Assembly: GCF_006345805.1 (NCBI RefSeq)
Contig: NC_042997.1
Location: 151,776,001-151,840,000, forward strand
Direction of reading: 5' to 3'
Source of the DNA: Octopus sinensis
Lineage: Eukaryota
Length of the DNA: 64,000 nt
This document shows, one piece after another, positions 51,407-64,000 of the stretch. The notes under the pieces were generated by a model. That model was not told the origin of the DNA and made no database searches. It worked only from the letters and a program-made list of their open reading frames with translations. Positions within the stretch are counted from its first letter, which is position 1; the number at the start of each line of letters is the position of its first letter. A program made the position numbers and the translations under genes.

Positions 51407-51596
51407 CATACAGCAATCCCACGCCATATCGCGATTCCTCTGTGGTGTTGTTTTTCATTTATAATAAAATAGATATTTACAAATTATAAAAATAATTAAA
51501 AATATACAGTACAGTACTGATTCTATTTCGCAGATTTCCACCTATCGCTGGGGTTTTTGGAACGTAACACTCGCAAAAGCCGAGGGAATACCGTAT

Positions 51597-51661
<65 letters not shown>

Positions 51662-51747
51662 CACGCACACACACATATATATATATATATGCATATATAA
51701 GTGTATATGTATATATATACATCTCTCCCTCCCTCTCTCTCTCCCTG

Positions 51748-51805
<58 letters not shown>

Positions 51806-51820
51806 GACAGACAGACAGAC

Positions 51821-51883
<63 letters not shown>

Positions 51884-51945
51884 AAAAAGATATGTATGTA
51901 TAAGTATGCATGCATGTATGACTGCATGCATGTTTTTTACGTATG

Positions 51946-51985
<40 letters not shown>

Positions 51986-52023
51986 GCATGTATGTATGTA
52001 TGTATGTATGTATGTATGTATGC

Positions 52024-52077
<54 letters not shown>

Positions 52078-53236
52078 GCATGTATGTATGTATGTGTATA
52101 TGAAGGTGCGTGCTTGCAGTGTTAGTTCTCATATTGTGACGTATATGTTTATGGCTTTCCACAACTTAATCATCTGGATGCCATATGTTCTGGAATGGTA
52201 AAATTCGTGTTAACCTTGTAGAAATTAACTACGACAGAGCATAAAATTTGTTTATTGCACATTTTGTCACCTAGTTGCTGACAACCTTTCTTCAAATTAC
52301 CAACCATTGAAAATAATCTTCAGTAAGTAGTTTTATTTTCTTCCTGGTTTTGTTCACTTGTTGAGTGATTTAATACGTTGGATGTGTTGCTATTTATCTA
52401 TGTTGCAGATGTCTTATTCAATGTTGTAACAGTAAAATATGTATATAATAAATGGAGTTATATATGAAGTGGACAACGATCATGCATGTAAATGAATTTA
52501 CATGTGTTATTACGGTTTAAAGGTTTTTTTCTAGTCAAACTAACGTGCTTAATAAATAGGAGACTGTTATTTTCCCATTCGTAATACCAATTTCTAGTAA
52601 TTTTCTATACGATTTTATAAGATTTCAGTCCACAAATGACCAGGTCAACAAAACCTCTATGCCTCACATTAGTAATTACGAATTCTAAGTATATTATGCA
52701 TGTCTAGATAAACATCAAATTTCAGTTATATAATTCCCTGAGAACTTTCATATTTTCTCTCACAAAAGTAACATTGTGAAGCGATCCAGACATTTCCTAC
52801 TGATACCTTTAGGAAGTGTGACTAAAATTTTGCTACTCAAACCTTAAGTCCTGGAGTCTTAATAAAAGTTTTCTTACTTATACTCGATTGACCTATATCT
52901 TGTGAATGGAGTTTGATGGACGGATGTATGTATGTATGTATGTATGTATGTATGTATGTATGTATGTATGTATGTATGTATGTATGTATGTATGTATGTA
53001 TGTGTGTATGTATGTATATATGTATGCATGTATGCACTTATGTAAGTATGTATGTTTGTATGAATGCTTGTATTTATATATGTATGTATGTATGTACACT
53101 TCTATTTCCAGTCCGTTGTATATCTTGAGTGTTGTCACTCAGATATAACTTTATATTTTGTATGTATGTACATATATGTATGTATTTATGTATGTATCTA
53201 TCTACCTATATGTATATATATATATATATAATATAT

Positions 53237-53274
<38 letters not shown>

Positions 53275-54399
53275 CACCTAGCTGAAACAAAAATTAAGTA
53301 TATTAACGATATTCCAATATTTCAGAAGACAATCGTAAGTGCATTCAGAAACAAAGTTACCTTTAGTGACATCGACGTCGTCGTCGTTGTCTCCCTCGTC
53401 CTCGTCATCATCATCATCAACAGCAGTAGCGCCACCACCACCACCACCATTATTTGTTTGAGCTTGCACGGATTTGCCCGACTCCTTCATATCATCTATG
53501 GTCATCGAACACCTTTCGGGAAATAATCATCCCATGTCTTTACAGAACTGATCGTTAACATCTTTTGTTGGACAACCGCCTTGAGCATATCCGAGTAGGA
53601 GTGTTTTCATTAGAGGGTATCTAATGAAGTTTGTGCTTTTTTTAATCGGAGCTTCTCTCAAGTAATGTCCTCAAAACGCATACACCTATCTCTTTATAGT
53701 GTTTATTTGATGTGATTCTTTTTCCATATGATATTAGTAACTAACTCTAACATGACGTGTACACACATCATGTTTGATGTTTGTTTTATTAGTTGATCAA
53801 TACAATAATATTTATTTCACAGTAGCAAGAAGTAGTCTCTTACGATTGTTAAATATTCGCGAGACAGAATTTTACATTTTTTATCAGTGTATGCGATACT
53901 TCCTAAGTGAATAAAAAAGGTTGCAATTTTCAAAAGGTTTTATTTGATTATACTTTGCTAAGCCCTTGTAACAGTAGTATATATAGAATAATTATGTTTT
54001 GTCTTAATATTTGTTAGGCATTTATGTAAAGACCAATATTTTTTGTCACTTTTTGTAGGTCAGGTAGAAGGACAATAACTTCCATAATGGTATCTGCGAA
54101 CTTGGCTACCTGTTCAACATAATTTGTGTTTATGTTTGTAAATGGTTAAAGAGGGAACTGGATTTTGTTCGAGTGAATGTCAAAGTGCTTCATTTATTTT
54201 GTCATTTGAAGTGCAAAGGATCTAATGCGCGTAGATGATAAATAGTAAAGATGCTAGTGTAATGCCTTGCAAAACGCCTAAATTGAAGCCCCAAGAAATC
54301 AGTTTTCCTAACAAGTATTCGTACTTTTGCTCTGGTACTCTTGTAAATTATCCTTGCTACTGCTACTAGTGTGAGTGTAAGAAGAACTTACCTCTCCAT

Positions 54400-54580
54400 T
54401 TTTATTCGATGGAGGTGATCGAAAAGGTTTGAGGAGTCCCCCAAGAATATGCCTGTATATTTTTAGCCTATACTTTCTCAGTGATTTTTCTGACGGCTGA
54501 CATCTGTCCGAACGGCGGTCAATTTTTTTTCTGAACCCGTTTTGCATTTGTTTGCAGCATCAAATACTATGTTATATCCA
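54400..54580 (-). pseudogene. Decayed RTE/RTEX-like RT fragment
   Basis: QMQNGFRKK..QMSAVRKITEKV.AKN resembles NQNGFR..RST..QI..LR.I.E..KN of RTE-type RTs. Confidence 0.5.
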
Positions 54581-54599
54581 AATAGTATCAGATATACTG

Positions 54600-55420
54600 A
54601 AAGAAAGAGACCGTTAAGCATGATTTTGACATCTAACTTGCCGATTTCAAATTAGATGAATTTACAGAGGCAATGAAAGTAATAAAATTGAAACAGGAAA
54701 CCTTTTGGTTTTCCCGACAAACCACCAGGAATCTGGTTACATGGTCTACACAACGCCCTTCTAAAATCATAGAAAATGGTGACCAATCTTTAAAAGTAGG
54801 CTATTCAACATAATTCTGGATATGTGGGAAACAAGTAGTACCTGCAGTTATAAAGGATATTTTCATTGGTATAATCTTTAAGACAAGAAGTCTCTGCAAG
54901 AAAGTTTGGCATGTTATACTGTGCAAGACTACTATAAAAAAAATGCAGAGAACAACAACAAATTCTCCTGCTGATCTTCTATAATCTCAAAAAAACTTTC
55001 GAAACCGCAACATATATAGCTACGAGGAGATTCAGCTGCCCAGATATTTTGTGACACTCATGGGTACTCCAGAATGGCATTAAATAATGGTTGACACATC
55101 AAGACAGGCGATATCCCGGGTAACGGCGGCTCAAATTATGCATGTATACTCGCCACAACATTCTTAACCCTGTGCCTTGTAACCATGTTCCACAGAATTC
55201 CGCAAAACAATCCCAGTTTCCAGTTCTGGTTTCTACTTCAACGACTTACCATTAGTCAAAGCTGGCTCATTCACCCGAAGATACGCAAAATGCAGCCATT
55301 AACTTCAAAAATGCGTATGATCGCTGCAGTACGACATTCAATATTCTGAAGACCAAAATACTCGCACAACCAGCTCCAAACTCAACCACCAGAATCATAA
55401 TTCCCCACCGAAGAAATTGA
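54600..55420 (+). pseudogene. Decayed RTE-clade LINE reverse-transcriptase fragment
   Basis: KKCREQQQILLLIFYNLKKTFET (cf. EKCREQ..L...F.DL.KAFD.V), CILATTFLTL (cf. GCVLAPTLF), FNILKTKILAQPAP (cf. ISLKKTEVL.QP). Confidence 0.72.
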
Positions 55421-57349
55421 ATTCTATTTTTGATTTTTAAAAGTATTTAAAGCAGGAGAGAAACGTGAGAGCCTGATATTATATTAGACAGCTGCGTTAA
55501 ATATCCACAAAATTGAGTCTTTACATGAGAGATACTTCTGTGAAACTAATATCTTAACCTAAATTTGAATAAAAATGACTCAGTTGAAAAATTCAACGAG
55601 GAAGCTTTAACATTAGTTGTAAAGGGTAGATTATTACAAGTTTACGCAATGAAATAGTTATCTACAACAGAGATAACAAACACCGAATGATCTATTTTCT
55701 GAAGCAATTTATCAAATATAATTATAATTGGCACCAAGTTATCGTAGACTAACTCTGATGAATTATATTTGGCAACACGATAAAATGGTACAGATACACA
55801 TCTCCAGCAGTATCGGAAATGAAAATGAAAATATTTTAAGGAACTTTAATTCTGACCCGCCAGCATATGGCACGAAAGAGCCTTATAATAAGAAATGTGC
55901 CTAACACCTGAGCCTTTCGTTTTAGGTGTAATCTATATGACGCTGAGAACTTAAAATGGTTAACTTAAAATAATTTTGTGGGAAGATAAAACGTTAGTCA
56001 GTGTCCAATATTATTTTAATTAGATTAGGAACACAGTAGAAAATTCCTCTGATTTTATGTTGACCTCATCAGCAGAACACATTTAGTAATTATTGGTTTT
56101 TCTAAAGAATGAAAACATGACCTTTTGTTTGTTTTCTTTGTTTACGTCGCTAGTTGAGTTCATTTACTTTTATTCTTTACTGAATATATTTGTTGTCCTA
56201 AGGTAGCTATTTAGAATAATTTTATAGTCGCAGGAAACCCTATTTCTATGTATATGCAATAAGCATAATAATTCTCTTTCGTTTTTTCTTTTTTTTTTTC
56301 AGCGGCGTATCCTAAATTCAATTATCATTTTTCTGGTTTTCCTGTCTAGCCTTGCTAATTCACTTAGTATATAGATGTGAGGATTAAAGCTGTAATACAT
56401 CTATGTATGTTGATATGCATTGGCTCTCTAAGGATAAGGTAGCCAGAAACGACGAGTTCAATTTTATCATTGTACTGAATCAATAGTTAACACTTACAAT
56501 TAGAATCTTATTTCTTTATTTCATTCATTTTTTATGACTAGGTATTGACTGTGTTGATAATACCAGACCTTCCGTTTCTCCTTTTAGCCGGTAGCCTTTC
56601 AAATATTGTTTGTTTTAACTATGGTGTAATTCTATGTCATGTCTTGCAGGGCTTTAGCAAAGAAGTGGCTTTTCTCTCTCTTATTTTTTAGAATGATTGG
56701 AATTTCTTTTGTAGTTTGCTGTTTTAAAAATTGTTGTTTTCTTTTTATCAAATACATTTCTGTCGCTATAATTAACCTCTAGCTTGTTCTTTATTGTTTT
56801 CTTATATATGGAATAAGGTATTATTTTCGTTTTCTTTATGATCCTTTATTAGACTAAACAATTTCCTGCTGCTTGTTTCTATTATTAGGTAACACACCGT
56901 TGTCTTGTTTTGTTGGGAACGGCTGACGGCTTTGCTCTGTCTGGTACAGGTATGGCATGATTTCCAAATTTGAAAGGACTGAAAACAAATACTTTCCCCT
57001 TCGATCATTTCTTCAAGTTCTCTCAGGAAACGGATGTTTTAGATGTTTGCTACGATTGTCTCTGTTCAATTGTTCCCTTGTTGCAGTCACTTTAAATTAA
57101 GATTGGATTTCTTTTCATTTTAATCACAAGAAATCAATTCCATTTTCTTAGGAAAATTTTAATCCTGCCATGATCGCTTGATTATTTTCTCGATGATTAC
57201 AGTAAACAAAAGCGCAAAGTAAGCTCTCTTATGAGTTCTTTCTTTTGTCGGTGGAAGAAACTTTGGTATTGCTCTTGAAAAGGTCATCGGTACACATACA
57301 ATTTTGATGCCGGAATTAGTTTTGGTGGGAGCGGGAGTTTAATGCTATT

Positions 57350-58554
57350 GACCCACATACATAGAACTGTATGGAGGACGCCTTCTGCCTGACCCATCCA
57401 GTCCGGTCTCAATACAGTTAGCCCTTCAGTAAATTTTTTGAAAAGTGGGTGAGGTCGACAAGCATGGCTTGAGTGATTAGATGTTATAATAGCCTGTGCA
57501 AGTAGGTTGTGAAATACAGGTAAAAGAAAGAACAATGAGCACATGAAGCTTCCGTTTGAAAGGTATATTTTTACGCATTTCGTCTCATTGAAGTAGCTGT
57601 AGTTTTGGTACAAGAAAAGACCAATTTTTGGTGCCTGGCACCCGGAATCTCATCAGGTGCTTACCGTCCTCTATTAGAAGGACACCGCGGTCGGTAGAGG
57701 TTCTACTTTAGCAATTTATAAAAACCTACTGGTAGATGAGAGAGATTACGTTCTCGAGGTAACTCGATTTGGCGACAGGAACAGCGGGTCTGTTTTGGAG
57801 AACTTTCCTGGGGAGGGACAACAATGTATATATTCCAAAACGCCCTCTTCTCACAGTGATATAGACGAATACTAATGGTTCCTGAGAAAGTCCACTGGCA
57901 CAGAAGTGTAATCAAGCGGGACTATACATGGCGTGTGCAGACCGATGAAATCAACAATACACGCACGCTTGCAGTGTCCGAGCTTTGCTGATTTATGGAG
58001 CTATGCCGTGTCGAACAGCTGTTATCGCGCGTAGGACTAATCTGGCAATCGGCTGAATGCGTCATGAGGATCGCTCCATCACTCGGCTTTCACAAGTTTA
58101 GGCAGCTGGTAATTCAGGACAGACACCTTCTTCGACTGCGAGGCTCTCACTGACTTTTTAAGTTCTACATGAAAAAGAAAATAACGGTGAAGAGAGATAA
58201 GTTCAACCCTAGATAATTTATCAAAAAATGAGTGACTATAGAAATAGTAGTTAGGGTGAATAGAATTTATTTGTAGATTGAATCACAACAGATGGGCGTA
58301 GGATCGTACGCTTGAATGTCAGGGTGAACTTGAATGTGTGGTGTTCCTTGATATATCCTAGTTAGAAATAATCCTGTATCAAAAAGACTGCGTCACCTAT
58401 GTGCTCATATTTTGTATATTCTGCATTTTTAAATCTAATTTTCCATTCTCCTACTTTTCTTCCTTTCACCTATTTATATAAACATCTAAACAAATTGTAA
58501 ACTGTCAATGTAATGTTCTCATCATTATATTTCCTTTTGGAAAATAAAAGAAAT
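57350..58554 (+). mobile_element. 5'-truncated, decayed Tx1-like LINE related to the 9.5-15.7 kb element
   Basis: Collinear peptides LPFERYIFTHFVSL, WYKKRPIFGAWHPE, FQNALF..YRRILMVPEKV, QTDE, LQCPSFADLWSY, VEQLLSRVG..SAE, FKFYMKKKITVKR versus ORF2 SPFVRHAFPQLVSM, WIKKRPKKGEWHRE, FQRSLA..YREALPVRDKL, QSDE, VQCPAISHLWAY, VERLLSRVG..SAE, FKYHLKKKVRVER. AATAAA at 58543-58548. The 5' boundary is approximate. Confidence 0.85.
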
Positions 58555-58672
58555 CATCATCTTCACCACCATCATCATCATCATCATCATCACCACCACC
58601 ACCACTACCACCACCACCATCGTCATCACCGTCGTCATCATCGTCGTCATCATCATCATCACCATCATCATC
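58555..58672. repeat. (CAT/CAC)n array at the 3' end of the decayed LINE
   Basis: Starts about 6 nt after AATAAA. Confidence 0.95.
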
Positions 58673-58779
58673 AATTATACTTTCTTCACTTGACAGATGC
58701 TTAATTTACGAATTATTGAGGTATAATAACAAATTTTGAACTCAGAAGTGACACTTCATAATCTAATTGTCATTGTTGC

Positions 58780-59170
58780 AAAGGCAGTTGCTGTTTATTG
58801 AGCGAAGCGGTCTTCGTCCAAGAGCTCACAAGATCGCGCCTCTGTAGTGGCAGAAGTCTGAAACGTGATCCTGTGCTATTCGTAAGACCCGCAGAAGAGA
58901 AAGCAGGTCAACCCCGACACAGAGAGCATCGGCGGATGGATGAATGCGCATCCAGGCTCAGCGGTTTGCGTAGGAAGTCGTGGACAAGAAACAGGAAGAA
59001 AAAGTGAGAGAAAGAGTACAACTGGGGTCGCCACCCCCACCCCCTCCGGTGCCTCATGGAGCTTTAGGTGTTTTCGCTCAATAAACACACGCAACGCCCG
59101 GTCTGGGAATCGAAACCGCGATCCTCCGACCGCGAGTCCGCTGCCCAAACCACTGGGCCATTGCGCCTCC
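58780..59170 (-). mobile_element. tRNA-derived SINE
   Basis: rc begins ggaggcgcaaTGGCCCAGTGGtt..GGTTTCGATTCC (A and B boxes) and continues into a non-tRNA body. Confidence 0.75.
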
Positions 59171-59275
59171 ACTGCTGTTGCTGCTGTTGTTATCGTTGTT
59201 GTTGTTGTTGCTACTGCTGCTGTTACTACCTCAACTATTACTGCTGCAGCTGCTGTTGTTGTTTTTCTCTTTCTC

Positions 59276-59368
59276 TTCTTCTTCTTCTTCTTCTTCTTCT
59301 TCTTCTTCTTCTTCTTCTTCTTCTTCTTCTTCTTCTTCTTCTTCTTCTTCTTCTTCTTCTTCTTCTTC
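59276..59368. repeat. (TTC)n microsatellite
   Basis: Pure array of about 31 units. Confidence 0.97.
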
Positions 59369-60245
59369 ACTTGCCGTTGTTCTTGTGTAGTTGCAGGTTT
59401 ACCCAGATCGATCAGACCAACGATCAAGACAGTTTCAGTCGTGTCCTCCCTAACTGCTTCTGCACAGAGAACCCAGGACACTGATATGCAGAAAATTTGG
59501 TCCCCATTTCTTAAAGCGTGCGAAACCGCATACATGCTCCTTTCTTGGTTTCAGCGAAGTATGCTGGTGAGGGCGGTGGATACACAAGCGAATAAAGCAT
59601 TCTTTCTGGGCACATTTTATTTTTCTTTCATATTCAATAATAAATTTCTGCTAACCTACACATTTTTGTCTGTCAGAAATGTTGCATCAGATCGATTTGG
59701 CTTGAGATTTCGTATTATAGTTATATGTTTAAGAAACTGATCGAAATCGCAACGCACTCACCTTTTTTTTTTTTTTTCCTTTTCAGTAGCTACAAGTATC
59801 GCGTGTAGAAGTTTAGGTCGGCGTTTCATATTTTCGTTTTGTGATTCATGGATATCCTTTTTCAAACGAACAGCTAATAACTTCAGACGACATAAGTGCG
59901 TGCTGACATAAGTTGTTAAACACAGTTTCAGCTTCTACTTGCAATCCTCATTCTCTAAGCTCTTTAAGTCATATACATTTACCTCGACAGAAATCAAGCA
60001 TCACAAGGTAGAGATTTTCTTTGTCGTCTGTCTTCTTTCCTACACATCTGACAAACATAAATAATCTGTGAGATGAATGTGAGATCTATCTTTATCGACG
60101 TGATATTAACTTTATGTGAATACGAGTGTGTGTGTGTTCGTGAGAGTTTGAATCTATGTATTTGTCTGTTGCATGTGTCTTTCTGTTTTGCGTACTTTCT
60201 CTCTCTTTAATCACTATTATGTACATATAGAGAAAGAAATAGCTA

Positions 60246-60291
<46 letters not shown>

Positions 60292-60592
60292 TATTTATGC
60301 ATATACATTTGTATTATCCTATATATCTATGCACATACACACATCCATACATGTATATCTGTTTATATATATATATATGTATGTAGGTATATACATATGT
60401 ATATATGTTGTATATACATATACATAATTATGTATATATATACCTAGAGAAATACATATATATATATACATGTATTTATATATTATATTATATATATTAT
60501 ATATATATATGTGTGTGTGTGGTTGTATATACATACATGCACACCCACACACACACACACACCACACACACATATATATATATATATTATAT

Positions 60593-60636
<44 letters not shown>

Positions 60637-60722
60637 ATATAAAGAAACTGAGAAGAAGCTATAAAACAGGCAGGAGAGAGAAATTTCAAGAACGAAAAAA
60701 CGAAAGAAAGAAAAAGAAAATG

Positions 60723-60779
<57 letters not shown>

Positions 60780-60842
60780 AGAGAGATATGTAGATAGATA
60801 ATAGATAGATAGATAGTAGATAGATAGATAGATAGATAGATG

Positions 60843-60915
<73 letters not shown>

Positions 60916-60948
60916 TACATAAATGATGCATATATATATATTATATAT

Positions 60949-60992
<44 letters not shown>

Positions 60993-61832
60993 TACATATG
61001 AATGCATATAAGACTCATGCATACAAATTGTTGATAGACTGAGAAACAGAAAAAGTAATGGAAGAAGAATGAAAAAAAGAGAAACAGAAACAAACCCCAA
61101 AAATATTAAAAAAACAAAAAAAGAAATGGAAAGAAATACACAGAAAATTGGCAAGAATGGATCAATTTTTGCGATGGAGAATAGAGAATAGTAGAATACA
61201 CAATTCAACTCGTATAACTACAGTACAACATTATTTAAAAAATTTTTTTCTTTATGTATTTCATATGTAGATCTTTATTTTTTCTATAACAAATAATATC
61301 ATTGTCAAAGTATGAAAGAAGCTTGAGAAACAAGCAGAGAAATACAATAATGATTCAATTCTTAATCATGAATATGCGGCTGTAAGCGAGACACCACAAC
61401 TGGGAGAGGCAACATTGTCGTCCGGCTAATGAGACACTTTTGTGTATTTCCCTGATTGGACCTTAGTTGCAATCGGCTTCTGGCACTCATATATGTGTAT
61501 ATGTGTATATTTATATATACAAGCATGTGTGTGTGCATGAGAGAGAGAGAGAGAGGGAGGAGAAAGAGAGAGAAAGGGAGAAAGAGAGAGACATCTTTAA
61601 ATACATAGATACATATATACATATATATATACATGTCTAAGGTCTTGGTAGGGTTGTTAAGCTAGGGTATTTCCAGAGAAGCACTCGACCCGAAAATTGT
61701 CGGGTTCCAGGCCAAAGCCGTAATTCCTCAGGTGTAGATAATCCATGGTACATTACGATCTCACCGTAAAGTAGGCTTGAGGAAGAATAAATAATCAAAA
61801 TGATAAGAAGACAAAGAAAAGTCTTTAAAATA

Positions 61833-62168
61833 TCTTTAATGATTCGTTACAATTGTTTCCATAAACGGCAGTTTACGCAGAAGTTCGAATTGAAATTTTA
61901 CGTACAGTTTGCGGTTTTAGACATTAGAAAGGCACTTCATCAGATTTGCATCAAAGGTAAAGAATCACATTGTTCGTCTTCCATACCGTCTTTTTTTTGT
62001 TTTTTATCAGGAGGAAACAAAAATGATGTACCAAGTGATTGTATACCTTTGATACAAGTCTGATGAAGTTCTCTAATGTCTAAAACTGCATATATTACGT
62101 ACATTTTTGCGTAAACTGGCGTTGCAAATAGAATTGATACAGAAACAATTGTAACGTATCATTAGAGA
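61833..62168. repeat. Diverged inverted repeat (~135 bp arms) with hammerhead core motifs in each arm
   Basis: 61833-61967 versus 62036-62168; each arm has CTGATGA...GAAAcaattgta. Confidence 0.75.
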
Positions 62169-62322
62169 CGTGTTAAAAAATTTCCTTTCTCTTAACACTT
62201 GCATGTATATACATGCGTATATATGCACACACATATTTTTTATGTATATATATATATATATATATATTTATATGTATGTGTGTGTGTGTATGCCCATATA
62301 TATATGTAAATATATATGTATG

Positions 62323-62364
<42 letters not shown>

Positions 62365-62601
62365 TATAGAGAGAGAGAAGAGAAAGAGAGAGAGATTTTA
62401 TATATACTTTCGATTAGAGGTTGTGTTAATCTCGTGAAGGGATGGCATCATCCAATGAAATACTAGTTTAATAACCAGTAATTTCTTTAAAATAATAGGT
62501 ATTTATATAAAAGCATATAGTTTATATTCGTATAAAACAAGGAAAAGTAAATGGCGATTGGGAAGTTAATAATTGCTTGTTACTAACAGCAAATTAATCA
62601 T

Positions 62602-62893
62602 CTTCACTTAGAGCTGTTTCAATTACCACTCAGGAAATATTAAGTAAATATTAAATAAATATATTTTATCTGAGCATAATATCTCCAGAGGGAAAAAATA
62701 TACACTTGGATGCTTTATATGTTTTTATGTGTTCATTATAGCAGTCTGCACTAATGAATCCATAAACACATATATAAAACATCCAGGGGTATATTTTTTT
62801 CCCTCTGAAAGTATTATACTCAGGTGAAACACATATATATTTAATATTTACTTAATATTTACTGAGCATTAATTGGAACAGCTGTAAGTGAAG
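62602..62893. repeat. Diverged ~290 bp fold-back palindrome
   Basis: Arms pair around the centre gcag-t-ctgc (62741-62749); ends cttcactta.agctg / cagctgtaagtgaag. Confidence 0.8.
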
Positions 62894-62899
62894 AGGATT

Positions 62900-63002
62900 A
62901 ATTTACTGTTGGTAGTAAATAATAATTATCTACCCAAGATTCCGAGTTCGAATCCAGGCAGTGACCTGAATAATAATAATAAAAATAATAATAATAATAA
63001 TG

Positions 63003-63042
<40 letters not shown>

Positions 63043-63195
63043 TGATGATGATGATAAGAAGAAGACCTTAAGAATGAGAACACAGGTTCGAAATTTCCCC
63101 AGGATACCTGCAGAAAGCTGGAGAGTAATATCAGTTAAAACGTGTTAACAACAAACAAGATGAGGACAAATATCGTCAAATGTAAATAATGTATA
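62900..63195 (+). mobile_element. tRNA-headed SINE-like element with (AAT)n spacer and hammerhead-like 3' part
   Basis: B box GAGTTCGAATCC at 62944-62955; (AAT)n(GAT)n; gatac CTGCAGA aagctg..cagtt AAAA cgtgtt at 63103-63146. Confidence 0.65.
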
Positions 63196-63315
63196 TATAT
63201 ATATATATATATATGTACCGGAGTAAGCACATAAATGTCAAACAAGGTGGAAAAAAGAGTACTCAAATACCAGAGGTAGAGTAATATACTTTATTTAAAA
63301 GCAGCAGAAATATAC

Positions 63316-63362
63316 AAAACTTTCCGACGAACGGGAACGTGAAACTCCAAGTAACAGCTTTT
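63316..63362 (+). ncRNA. Minimal type I hammerhead, core variant CCGACGA
   Basis: aaaacttt CCGACGA ACG ggaa CGT GAAA CT cca AG TA acagctttt: 3-bp stem II with GNRA loop, 3-bp stem III, GUA triplet, stem I with mismatches. Confidence 0.55.
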
Positions 63363-63392
63363 GTTATATTTAAATAAAGTATATATATATAC

Positions 63393-63636
63393 TCTTTACT
63401 CTTTTACTCTTTTACTTGTTTCAGTCATTTGACTGCGGCCATGCTGAAGCACCGCCTTTAGTCGAGCAAATCGACCCCGGGACTTATACTATTGTAAGAC
63501 CAGTACTTATTCTATCGGTCTCTTTTGCCGAACCGCTAAGTGACGGGGACGTAAACACACCAGCATCAGTTGTCAAGCAATGCTACGGGGACAAACACAG
63601 ACGCACAAACAAATACACACACACACACACACACGC

Positions 63637-63684
<48 letters not shown>

Positions 63685-63832
63685 AACTGGCTTCTTTCAG
63701 TTTCTGTCTACCAAATCCACTCACAAGGCTTTGGTCGGCCCGAGGCTATAGCAGAAGACACTTGCCCAAGATGCTACGCAGTGGGACTGAACCCGGAACT
63801 ATGTGGTTGGTAAACAAGCTACTTACCACACA
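63393..63832 (-). mobile_element. Near-complete SINE-like family B with internal (CA)n(TA)n
   Basis: tRNA-like head at the right end (rc gttccgggttcagtccc), internal microsatellite, and (AGTAAAAG)n-type tail at the left. Confidence 0.85.
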
Positions 63833-64000
63833 TTGCTTCAGTAATTAGACTGCGGCCATGCTGGAGCACCGCCTTTAGTGGAAAAAATCGGCACCAGAAA
63901 GCATGTGGTTGGGAAGCCAGCTTCTTACCACAGCCACACACACTTATTTACATATGTGTGTACCCTCTCATCTGGAAAAAGATGTATCTCAATTTGAGAG

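Noticed and set aside
57284-57613. Minus-strand ORF as an inverted (twin-primed) 5' piece of the decayed LINE
   Set aside because: The resemblance to PGxDGLP..W is weak, and the + strand already aligns collinearly with ORF2 across most of this interval.
59095-59170. tRNA gene
   Set aside because: A and B boxes are present but there is no acceptor-stem pairing, and the sequence continues into a SINE body.
58876-59740. 219-266 aa ORFs with poly-K/F/L/S
   Set aside because: They run through a SINE and the (TTC)n array.

Overview
AT-rich, extremely microsatellite-dense eukaryotic DNA with no securely identifiable host gene. The SINE families and the (AT)n/(AC)n/(GATA)n/(TACA)n load resemble an octopus (coleoid cephalopod) genome; this is inference from memory, not a database result. 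Almost all short ORFs in the track are microsatellite or antisense artefacts. The main feature is an apparently full-length ~6.3 kb L1/Tx1-clade LINE on the minus strand (about 9469-15745). It has a zinc-knuckle ORF1 and an APE-endonuclease/RT/zinc-finger ORF2, is flanked on both sides by (TATC)n, and its resolvable frameshifts all fall in or beside homopolymer runs. A decayed relative at ~57.4-58.6 kb ends in (CAT)n instead. The second theme is a set of Penelope-type elements: a GIY-YIG endonuclease remnant and more than ten minimal type I hammerhead-ribozyme motifs. Three of these are near-intact (24686-24728, 33329-33390, 63316-63362). Several sit inside or beside long inverted repeats, and one type forms the 3' part of a tRNA-headed SINE-like element. 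The window also holds a hAT (Buster-type) element with an 8-bp TSD inserted into a SINE, mariner and Tigger fossils, RTE fossils, a probable solo LTR, many SINEs and at least seven fold-back inverted repeats. All alignments and folds were done by eye.
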